Positions 27,801-35,424 of a DNA stretch of 64,000 nucleotides are shown here, piece after piece. The stretch is from Salinimicrobium sp. (GTDB lineage Archaea > Thermoplasmatota > Poseidoniia > Poseidoniales > Poseidoniaceae), in assembly GCA_964228865.1 (NCBI GenBank), contig CAXRAI010000058.1, positions 2,011 through 66,010 of the forward strand, read 5' to 3'. The position numbers were made by a program, and so were the translations under genes. The first letter of the stretch is position 1. Every line of letters begins with the position of its first letter. The notes beneath the pieces were generated by a model that had not been told where the DNA came from, searched no databases, and saw only the letters and a list, made by a program, of their open reading frames with translations.

Positions 27801-30800
27801 GAGGGAGGACCGTCGAGCACGACCTCTTCCGTACCGTTTGGTTTGGTGCTTGGCGTGGACGCCTCGGGCATGGCCCTGTCCCACCCTGCCGGGGCCAACA
27901 CGCTCACCCACCTCAGCAACGGTGCCAATCAGGTTCACGTCTTGGGCACGGCCTCGTGCCAACGGCACGTGGACGCTCCGTCGCCCTACGGTCACCGGTG
28001 CAGCACGACGCTGCGCGCGTGGTCCTCGACGGCGTTGATCCCCCTTGAATTCACGGCGTTGAGCCCTGTGAACGACCGCCGCATCGCCTTGAACCTGGAC
28101 GTTCTTGATGCTGCGTTGAACGAACGAAGGCAGAGCAGCACCGCTTCTGAACATCCCTTGGAAGTGTGGGTCGTCACCGATCACGGAGCCGTTGACGTCA
28201 CGTTCGACCTCGCCTCAAGGGCGAGGTTGCACGACGCTTTCCTGAGCCTCCCGAGCACAACGTGGACTCCAGGGACCAGCATCACGGTCGTCACCGAGCA
28301 CGAACGCACCGACGTTCGCGATGCGTCGGCCACCGTCCCCCCTATCGAATCGATCACGCTCGCCTTCGGTCCTTCTCCCTCCATGCCCCTTGGTGAGGTG
28401 ATTGTTGATCGGTTGGACGAAGGTCTTGCCCGGTTCAGGCAACCTTCTGGAGCAGGTTTGGCCGCGCTTCAAGGCACCAGCACCGCCTCGTGCGACGCCC
28501 GTTCCTGTGAGGTGTCATGGACCTTCATCTCATCATGGTCCTTTGACGACGTGCCGCAATTGCACTGGTGGACGGCGGCCACGGATGCGGATGGACTGCA
28601 GACTGGGCCGGCGGTCCAATCCATGAACGTCCAAGGCAACGACGTGGAGAACGACCTCGAAGTGATTTCGTTGGAGGTTTTCGATGACCGAGGCCGAGCC
28701 CTGCACGATTGGACCAAACCGTTGTGGCCGTTCGAAGTCAGTGCAGATCGGAACTTGGAGGTCCGCGGTCAGCTCAGGGTGGAAGGCGTCCAAGGCATCC
28801 ATCCAAGGGCTGGAGAAGCGTCCATCAGCCTTGAATTGCGGAACGGATCCTGGATGGACAGCGTTTTGGTCAACGTTCAGGACAATGGACGGTTCAACGG
28901 GACCCTCACCACGCCTTCTCCCGGCACCTTACCCAGCGGAGCACCACTGACCGTTGAGGCACGCATCATCCGGTTTGGTCCGGCGAACGCGCCATCGACC
29001 ACAAGCCAGCAGCGAGGCAACTCTCCCGTGGTGGATCTGGTCTACGACGACGTCCTCCCACAGTTCGTTGGTCTCGACGTCCTTGACCCCGGTGGACGAC
29101 AACCTGCCGATGGGCACGTGCTTCCGTCGGACTCGAACGTGGCCCTTGTGTTGAGCCTGAGCGACGATCAAGGCTTGGATGGGCCCGCCTATGTGTGGTC
29201 CTGGCTGGAATCGCGTGATGACGTGGACGACGACGGGGTCAGCGACCTCGAAGAATGGGTTCGGATGGTCGTTCCGCTGGCCGAAGGACGGAAGGAACAA
29301 TCCCTCGATCTGCCCTTGATTCAATCCTCCGACATCGTCCCAAACGGGGCGGACCTCGGGCTTGCTCGCTTCGTGGTTGAGGCATACGATGTCGCGGGCC
29401 ACGCCCTCCCAGGAGGAGGCGCGCTTGAGGGGCCATTTGCCGCAGAACTGCGGCTTGAGGCACGACGCCCCACCACCGTACCGACGTCTAGCCTGATGCT
29501 CGATACAGACCAAGGCCGTCTGTATCCCGGACATGTGCACACCTTCTCCACTGTGATTCAGGACGCCAACGGGCTGACCACGCTCGACGCCATCGAGGTG
29601 GCCTTGCTTGGCCAAAACGAGGATGCATGCCGGATTGTTTACGTTCCCAGAACTGGAGAAACCAAGCCCGATGTCGGCTGTTTCCTTGGTGCGCCTGAGG
29701 TCATGGTGCTTCCTCTGACGGGGGCCTCATGGCGGCTGGACATCGCCTTCAGGTTGCGTTGGGACATCGCCACGACCCACGCCGACGTGGACCACGTCCC
29801 CGCGCTGTTTGTGCGTGATGAGGGCCAAGACCTGGGTTTGGGATTCGGTCGCATCAGTGCGTTGACCTGGTGGACCAACGCCTCGGTTGATCTCCGCGTG
29901 GAGACCGTAAGCGACACAACCCCACCCTTCGGATCCTACGCGAATGGAGCCATCTATGCTCAGCGCGGTGATGTCATCAACGTCGGATTCCGCGTGGTCC
30001 ATTCCAACTCAAACCATACCGCAGAGCGTCTGCCCGGCACCGTCGGTCTCGATTGGTTCGTCACCGATGGAGCCCGGACCGACAGCGGTTCAATGGACGT
30101 GCCGAACGATGGGGAACCTACGCTACGAATTTCATTGGACCCGTCCCTCTTTGTCCGGACCTCAGGCCATCTCGAGGCTTCGCTCTCGGGATGGTCGGAA
30201 GGTGAACGCACGCAGCGCGTCTCGGTTCACATCGACGAGCATGAACCGCGTTTGTTGGTCACCGCCATCCAATTCATGCAGGTGAACAGCACTTCGCTCG
30301 ACGATGTTGCGCTGGAAGTGACCGTTCAAGACGTGGAACGTCCCGTGGAGGATGGGGTCGTGGCCCACTGGAGGATGCTCCGACAAGGCCGTGTGATGGA
30401 GGGTTCTTCGGGGTCGAGTCCTCTGACGCTTGATGCCTTGGCCGGAAGTTCCGCGGTCCATTCGGGCAGGGTCGATCTTCGGCCAGCGACCCTTGAGGTC
30501 ATGGAAGGTGACGTGTGGCAGGTTTGGTTCACCGCAACGGATGCTGCGGGACGAACAGCGGTTGGCGAGGGAAGCCCCAGCGAGCCGGTCACCGTCACCA
30601 TGCGCTGGATCGCCTACCAACCCGCACTTGTTTCCTTGGTGGCTGACCCCTTCCGCCCAACCCTTGGGGAGGTCGTGAACGTGGAATTCGAAGTGGCCAA
30701 CGGCGGCGTTCTTCCTGGGGCCACTTCGGTCCGGTTGATCGACGACAAGGGCATGACGTTGGCTGAACAGGACGTTTCACTGGCGCCAGGAGAACGTCAA

Positions 30801-31079
30801 CGCATCACGTGGAGCATAGAGGCATGGGCCATTGGCGACCTCGGACTTCGTCTTCAACTCGACAACGGAAGCGTGAGCGATGTTCCCGTGCCGTTGGCGG
30901 ACGTCAGCGCCGCCAGCGAAGGCGTAAGCGGCAGCAACGTTGGATGGACGAGCCTTGGAGCACTCGCTCTGATCCTTGCCGTGGCCAGCCTTGTGTTGGT
31001 GCGCGTTCAGGGCAGATCCAGAACCCTCGGAAAGCCCGTGGTGGAGCTTGAAGATTCGGCCTTTGATGAGGAAGAATGA
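24846..31079 (+). CDS. Giant (2077 aa) type-I membrane surface protein
   Basis: Signal peptide MEALQQRQRASFGMLLVLLLPLFLPVASA. Repeated beta-sandwich end motifs (GWLLDGLSV, GIAIDDLRA, GWYIDDAGVEI). CARDB-like module near the C-terminus. TM LGALALILAVASLVLV and an acidic tail. Confidence 0.8.
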   Translation: MEALQQRQRASFGMLLVLLLPLFLPVASAALGPVREVSSPTVTVAPLGGGGGITSANVTSLTVPANHTVIDAGLTVGTLWSDDGTNGTQFAHDVRTGFSGGLHDRTEGLLRGGRLTLASPASNNDVEDFEDPVLTPDGWLAIGSADRAWSTVNLSTVSLNTSLASSAYLGHRALLLGGPNATLDSQMAGCFVSPQVDGPRVVRNMTVRFRSSADLGPNDVRWVEWRSEATTTWSALTPSGGYPHQVSGSFPAGLVPNPQALSTAWVGDEGQGWTLHELPLDGHLGSAEAWYQLRFCFATTNDTAPRTGWLLDGLSVHNEGDPGGAWFHGNLSGAYAPDADGWVVLDTDLSGLSSPTELAFRAHWDMEGGWQDSMTTLLSLDHGASWTLLSQAPGLPGNGVLWQGGWLTQESGEWVDIEYSLPPGVFTSPNASSAQLAFRVITDANVGYGNAGVDGWEGIAIDDLRAVTYGGPGNTTVRMLDNFTTSPVLGQGVNLSQSNSTNEWVWTQAIGANGPTWWNASFESGRMVPRGWSIALERGQGWDVGILPNGTTAGPRAWPSGQQGAGIVLTGDYAAESLAYLTSPSYSLPDNSSARLSFRSWVCTETDWDGGAVQISVDDGASWWFPPYHSHTHHTLSRMNPYSPFYGEGIYDGSIHTGGCPTRSQAFDAETIDVSNLSGQEVRFRYVFFSDTWVEKDGWYIDDAGVEIDLFLDEGTWTSPSFSAPNQAMWGLLDGHARLPPGTNLTVDLLHPNGSIVPGWAGLTLPTHVTLSTSDVPVLKMRVNMSTTSSLATPILERLTLGSVTHLDAAHVASNAPSGLVIGQDGTMQNVAAQARVLTFPAWPACPHQQATVHVVGQGARPVAPSAAITSLGNASGVETFSVEWTALRLQSNLGVELPPATSLEEARAEVTCLHSASGVRVGLDAQAYEVFDVVSLGYGDVLGSSDALASFVNLSDGALLWEENSTVSGATVGANQSVEVQWYVEGGPSSTTSSVPFGLVLGVDASGMALSHPAGANTLTHLSNGANQVHVLGTASCQRHVDAPSPYGHRCSTTLRAWSSTALIPLEFTALSPVNDRRIALNLDVLDAALNERRQSSTASEHPLEVWVVTDHGAVDVTFDLASRARLHDAFLSLPSTTWTPGTSITVVTEHERTDVRDASATVPPIESITLAFGPSPSMPLGEVIVDRLDEGLARFRQPSGAGLAALQGTSTASCDARSCEVSWTFISSWSFDDVPQLHWWTAATDADGLQTGPAVQSMNVQGNDVENDLEVISLEVFDDRGRALHDWTKPLWPFEVSADRNLEVRGQLRVEGVQGIHPRAGEASISLELRNGSWMDSVLVNVQDNGRFNGTLTTPSPGTLPSGAPLTVEARIIRFGPANAPSTTSQQRGNSPVVDLVYDDVLPQFVGLDVLDPGGRQPADGHVLPSDSNVALVLSLSDDQGLDGPAYVWSWLESRDDVDDDGVSDLEEWVRMVVPLAEGRKEQSLDLPLIQSSDIVPNGADLGLARFVVEAYDVAGHALPGGGALEGPFAAELRLEARRPTTVPTSSLMLDTDQGRLYPGHVHTFSTVIQDANGLTTLDAIEVALLGQNEDACRIVYVPRTGETKPDVGCFLGAPEVMVLPLTGASWRLDIAFRLRWDIATTHADVDHVPALFVRDEGQDLGLGFGRISALTWWTNASVDLRVETVSDTTPPFGSYANGAIYAQRGDVINVGFRVVHSNSNHTAERLPGTVGLDWFVTDGARTDSGSMDVPNDGEPTLRISLDPSLFVRTSGHLEASLSGWSEGERTQRVSVHIDEHEPRLLVTAIQFMQVNSTSLDDVALEVTVQDVERPVEDGVVAHWRMLRQGRVMEGSSGSSPLTLDALAGSSAVHSGRVDLRPATLEVMEGDVWQVWFTATDAAGRTAVGEGSPSEPVTVTMRWIAYQPALVSLVADPFRPTLGEVVNVEFEVANGGVLPGATSVRLIDDKGMTLAEQDVSLAPGERQRITWSIEAWAIGDLGLRLQLDNGSVSDVPVPLADVSAASEGVSGSNVGWTSLGALALILAVASLVLVRVQGRSRTLGKPVVELEDSAFDEEE

Positions 31080-31109
31080 AATTCAGGCTCATGAGGCGGT
31101 GAATCATAC

Positions 31110-31193
31110 GACGGAGTTCCCGAGCGGTCAAAGGGGGTGGACTCAAGATCCTCTGCTAAGGCTTCGCAGGTTCGAATCCTGCCTCCGTCACCA
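31110..31193 (+). tRNA. tRNA-Leu (anticodon CAA), class II with a long variable arm, CCA encoded
   Basis: Acceptor GACGGAG/CTCCGTC, anticodon loop CTCAAGA, T-arm GCAGG-TTCGAAT-CCTGC, then A-CCA. One U-U mismatch in the anticodon stem. Confidence 0.8.
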
Positions 31194-31272
31194 CTCTCAC
31201 TGCCCAATCATGCTCCAACCGTGCCGAATCTGACGCCAAAACGTGGCCATAGAGGCGATGTAACAACGAAAG

Positions 31273-31356
31273 TGCGGGGAGCAGGATTCGAACCTGCGAA
31301 CCGTTGAGGACTGCGACCTGAACGCAGCGCCGTTGACCAAGCTGGGCGATCCCCGC
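31273..31356 (-). tRNA. tRNA-Leu (anticodon CAG), class II
   Basis: The minus strand reads GCGGGGA..CTGCG-TTCAGGT-CGCAG..GCAGG-TTCGAAT-CCTGC-TCCCCGC-A. All stems are perfect. Confidence 0.88.
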
Positions 31357-31389
31357 GTGGTTCAAACGCCGTGCTGTTCGGTTATCAAG

Positions 31390-32118
31390 TCACCCCTCGA
31401 TGCTTTTCTGAGCCAAAATCGCGTCCACCAACGGCGGGAAGGTGGCGCCATGAGGTTCGGCAGAGCAGACCGAAGCCACAGCTTGCAGTTCGGGGAAGGC
31501 GCCACCCACCGCGACCGACCAACCGACCAACTCGAACATGCTGAGATCGTTGGGGGCATCACCCACGGCCAAGACGTCCTCTGCGGCCACCCCAAGGCGT
31601 TCAAGCACGGCGGAAAGGCCCTGTCCCTTCGACAGGCAGGGGTCCATCACGTGGATTGCAAACCCGGTTCGTAGCACGGTAAGGTGTGACCACCTCGAAT
31701 CGGCCAAAGCAGCCTGGATGGCCTCCATGTCCTCGTCGGTCTTCAGGCACCATTCGGATTCCCTCCAGCGGTTGGTGGCGATACCGTCTGCGTCAATGCC
31801 GGGGATGTGCTCGGCGACCCAACGGCATGCTTCTTCGGCTTCTCGCCCTTCTGCACGCAGCACGACCTCACCGTCAGGGTACCACAACACACCGCCGTTT
31901 TCACACACCAAGGGGCCGCTCAGGCCAATGAAGCGCCACAGACCATAGGCGATTGGGCGGGTGTTTCCCGTGCAAATGATCACGGGAATCCCGGCAGCTT
32001 CCAAGGCTCGTAATGCTTCGACGGCTCCAACGTGCAGCAGCTTGTTCGCATCGGTAAGGGTTCCATCAATGTCCACCGCCACCAGCGACGGTGTCCATCC
32101 TTCGGGAAGCCAAGCCAT
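31390..32118 (-). CDS. HAD-IIB hydrolase (archaeal phosphoglycolate phosphatase-like)
   Basis: VAVDIDGTLTD (motif I) and GDAPNDLSMF (motif IV). Start at MAWLPEGW. The upstream 340 codons of the track ORF are antisense to the ATPase gene. Confidence 0.8.
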   Translation of the reverse strand: MAWLPEGWTPSLVAVDIDGTLTDANKLLHVGAVEALRALEAAGIPVIICTGNTRPIAYGLWRFIGLSGPLVCENGGVLWYPDGEVVLRAEGREAEEACRWVAEHIPGIDADGIATNRWRESEWCLKTDEDMEAIQAALADSRWSHLTVLRTGFAIHVMDPCLSKGQGLSAVLERLGVAAEDVLAVGDAPNDLSMFELVGWSVAVGGAFPELQAVASVCSAEPHGATFPPLVDAILAQKSIEG

Positions 32119-32241
32119 GTGGGCGAGGGGGCTGGCCTCCTCCTTAGGGGTTCGCGCAGGAACGCGACCGGACAAGCCGATGGTGGGAGCATTGATGTGA
32201 ATCGGACACCACCGCGGTGCATGGTGGATGAAGATGAGGTG

Positions 32242-34875
32242 TTTATCGACATCGTCGATGGTGCCGTAAAGGCCACGACCATCCCCACAACACCGGCACC
32301 AGAGCCGACCGTTGAGCCGACATCGGCCACGGTCGAGGTTGATGCAGGTGCGTCGGTGCTCGAGGCCGAAATCGTCACACAAGCAACAGGGCAGTACGAG
32401 GTCACTTGGCCGCTGTTGGGCATGGATTGCCCAGATTGTGCATCCAAAGCCACTCGCGCTCTGAAACACTTGGATCAGGTCTGGGCCCCACAGGTTTCTC
32501 CCACCGCCGGAGAAGTTCGTGTACAGATTGACCTGTCCGTGGGAACCGTTGCGGAAGCGGCCCGCGTTCTCCGGTCCCTCGGGCATGCTCCAAACGTACC
32601 TCACCAGCAGCTGAAGGGCGTGTCGGCGTCCTCGCTGGCGACCAAGAGGGGGGTGCCTGTGGCACGTTTGGACCGTCTGCTCAGGCAACAGCCAGGCGTG
32701 CTGGACGCCGAGGTCACCCGGGACGACCGCGTGCTCCTCCAATTGCTTCCTGACACGCCTGAAGGCTTGGAGGCCGACCGGGACGCGGCGTTGACCGATT
32801 TGCTTGGAGCGGCCCCCAGCCTCGGGTTGGCCGATTCGGACCGGCTTCGCCCGGACCAACGCCGTTTGGTGGGCGGAGCCTTTGCCTTCGCCCTCTTTCC
32901 CATCGTGATCCTCATGGAGGTGCTTCATGCGCCTGAAGTTCTCCTTGGTGGACTCGCCGTCCTCGCGGTCATCATCGGTGGAGCAGAGATGTTCCGTGAA
33001 GCCATGGCAGGTCTTCGAAACCGACAAATCGGCTTCCAAGTCCTCACCTCGATGGCGGTCATCGGTGCTGTGCTGTTGACCATGTGGGAAGAAGCGCTGA
33101 TCGTGGTCATCCTCGTCGCCTTCACCCAACATCTGGAAGGCGACGCCTTGGTGCGGGCCCGGGAGGCCATGCAGGGTGGCTTGGACCGTTTGCCACGAAC
33201 CGCTCGACGTTCAAACAAGCCTCACAAACACACCATTGCGCAGCCTAAGGGCTTCAGTTTAGCCCCCTCCACCATGTCGCCGATGCAGGCTCCTCCGCCC
33301 GCGGTGGAAGAGTGGGAAGAAGTGCCCATCGATCTTGTTCGGGCCGGGGACAAACTGCAGATCCGTTCTGGAGAACTCATTCCCGCAGACGGCCGTATTG
33401 TGGCCGGGTCGGGCAGCCTCGACATGGCACCGCTCACCGGTGAGTCGGTGCCCGTGGACGTCGAATCTGGCGATGAACTCAACGCTGGTCTTGTGCTGCA
33501 GCGAGGACCTGTGGAAATCGAGGTCACCGCAACAGGTGACGAAACGCGCTTGTCGGGCCTCATCGAAGCCGTGCACACCTTCCGCGAAGAACCCCCTCGC
33601 CTCCAAGGCCTCGTTGAGCGCTTCACCACGATTTGGGTCCCCATCGTGCTCTTCGGTTCAGTGGTCATTTGGCGTGTCTTCTACCCCAACGACATCACGA
33701 CGATGTTGCTCCTTTGGGTCGTCGCTTGCCCCTGCGCGCTCCTGCTGGCGGCTCCAATGCCGCACGCCGCAATCCTCGCCCGTGCCGCACACCTCGGCGC
33801 CATTGTGCGTGGTGGGCATGCCATGGAGCGCCTGGCGAAAGTCGACCACGTTTTGCTTGACAAAACAGGGACCTTGACCAGCGGGCGCCCCACCATCGGG
33901 GCCGTTACGGTGGCCAAAGGACGACGCCGAGACACCGCCATCCGCCTGGCGGGCGGGTTGGAGGTGGCGTCTTCGCATCCGTACGCCCTTGCCGTGGGAG
34001 ACCTGCTTGAAGAGGAGAACCTGAAACCTACCGCGGTTCAGGAACTGAAGGACGTGCACGCTGGCGTCGAAGGTCAGGTGAGGGGAGAATTGGTTGGTTT
34101 GTACCGCCCTGACCGCTTGCCCTCAGGCGTCAGCCTCGAGGGCGAGTTGGCAGCCGCATTGGTTGTCTCGAGCAAGGAAGGCCATGGTGCGAGCGTGTTG
34201 GTCCGAGGCACCGAATGCATCGCTCTGTTCACCTTCGTGCACGACGACGGACGCTCCGGGTCCGATGAGGTGGTGAAGGAACTCTACGCCCGAGGCGTGA
34301 ACGTCGAAATTTTGTCCGGAGACCTGCAGTCTGCGGTCGATCAGTTCGCCACGCGTGTGGGGATGTCCACCAATGCAGCGCATGGTGAGTTGACCCCCGA
34401 GGACAAAGTCCGCTTCGTGGAGCAACGCAGCAGCACGCACGTGACGATGATGGTCGGTGACGGCTTCAACGATGCGGGCGCCTTGGCCAAAGCCGATGTT
34501 GGCGTGGCCGTGGGCACCGGGGAGCAGGTGAACCTCGAGGCCGCGGACGTGTTGATTCCCGGCGATGATCCTCGCCTCATCACCACACTGATCTCACTCG
34601 CACGTTCTGCCAACCGCACCCTGTGGGCCAACCTCTTGTTCTCCATTGGGGTCACGGTGACCTTGGTCTTCGCGGTCATCAACAACTGGTACGACAACCT
34701 CTGGGTTGGCGTGTTGGTGCACGAAATGTCCGTCATCATCGTCATCCTCAACGGTGCCCGTTTGGCGGGAAGTGACGGCTGGTGGGCCTTGATCAAGGGC
34801 ACCTTCTCGGGCATCATCGGTGACACCCGTGAGTCCTTGTCGCTCTTCGCCTCTCGGTTCCGCTCCTCGTCGTGA
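32242..34875 (+). CDS. Heavy-metal-translocating P1B-type ATPase
   Basis: HMA-like GMDCPDCA, transmembrane CPC (VVACPCALLLAAP), DKTGTLT, GDGFNDAGAL. Start at MVDEDEV. Confidence 0.9.
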   Translation, partial: FIDIVDGAVKATTIPTTPAPEPTVEPTSATVEVDAGASVLEAEIVTQATGQYEVTWPLLGMDCPDCASKATRALKHLDQVWAPQVSPTAGEVRVQIDLSVGTVAEAARVLRSLGHAPNVPHQQLKGVSASSLATKRGVPVARLDRLLRQQPGVLDAEVTRDDRVLLQLLPDTPEGLEADRDAALTDLLGAAPSLGLADSDRLRPDQRRLVGGAFAFALFPIVILMEVLHAPEVLLGGLAVLAVIIGGAEMFREAMAGLRNRQIGFQVLTSMAVIGAVLLTMWEEALIVVILVAFTQHLEGDALVRAREAMQGGLDRLPRTARRSNKPHKHTIAQPKGFSLAPSTMSPMQAPPPAVEEWEEVPIDLVRAGDKLQIRSGELIPADGRIVAGSGSLDMAPLTGESVPVDVESGDELNAGLVLQRGPVEIEVTATGDETRLSGLIEAVHTFREEPPRLQGLVERFTTIWVPIVLFGSVVIWRVFYPNDITTMLLLWVVACPCALLLAAPMPHAAILARAAHLGAIVRGGHAMERLAKVDHVLLDKTGTLTSGRPTIGAVTVAKGRRRDTAIRLAGGLEVASSHPYALAVGDLLEEENLKPTAVQELKDVHAGVEGQVRGELVGLYRPDRLPSGVSLEGELAAALVVSSKEGHGASVLVRGTECIALFTFVHDDGRSGSDEVVKELYARGVNVEILSGDLQSAVDQFATRVGMSTNAAHGELTPEDKVRFVEQRSSTHVTMMVGDGFNDAGALAKADVGVAVGTGEQVNLEAADVLIPGDDPRLITTLISLARSANRTLWANLLFSIGVTVTLVFAVINNWYDNLWVGVLVHEMSVIIVILNGARLAGSDGWWALIKGTFSGIIGDTRESLSLFASRFRSSS

Positions 34876-34906
34876 AGACCTTAGGGGAGAAGGCCCTGCT
34901 CGTGGC

Positions 34907-35299
34907 ATGAGCGAGCGGTTGGAAGTCGAGTCTTCCATTGCCCCCCCAGGATTGACATGCCCTCGCTGCAACGGCTTGCTTCCAATCGGCCTTGGCGAGA
35001 TGGCCTGCACCCTGTGCGAAGCCAAGGTCAAGGTCGATCATCCCGCCACCCGCCGAGCATGGCGCGAGGAGAAGGTCGCTTGCCCCTCCTGCCACAAGGT
35101 CTTGATCAGCGGTGTTGACGAGCGGCCCGCACTCCTTCGTTGCGGTTCATGCGACGAAGAGTTCGTCGTGACGCCGGCCGTTCCGAAAGTGGAGGTGTCC
35201 TGTCCGTCATGCGAACGTCGTCTCCGGATGCGACGCCGCCCTGGGCGACGTGAGATCGACTGTCCAGCGTGCGACACGCGGTTTGCGGTCAACTTTTGA
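34907..35299 (+). CDS. Triple zinc-ribbon protein (MJ0042-type CxxC fingers)
   Basis: 130 aa with six CxxC pairs: CPRC/CTLC, CPSC/CGSC, CPSC/CPAC. Ends IDCPACDTRFAVNF. Confidence 0.6.
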   Translation: MSERLEVESSIAPPGLTCPRCNGLLPIGLGEMACTLCEAKVKVDHPATRRAWREEKVACPSCHKVLISGVDERPALLRCGSCDEEFVVTPAVPKVEVSCPSCERRLRMRRRPGRREIDCPACDTRFAVNF

Positions 35300-35424
35300 C
35301 GTGTTCCGCGGTCGGTCACTGCTCCCAAACCGCTGCGCAGTGTGGCCTTCGTGGGCAGTCACCTTATGTATGAAGAGACGAGGATGGGCACCAACGGCGG
35401 CCCTGCTGCCGGGATGGGATTTGC

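Noticed and set aside
32119-33132. N-terminal ~340 codons of the 580-aa ORF 31390-33132
   Set aside because: Only the last 242 codons (from MAWLPEGW) form the HAD phosphatase. The upstream part is antisense to the P-type ATPase gene and has R/H/C-rich junk composition.
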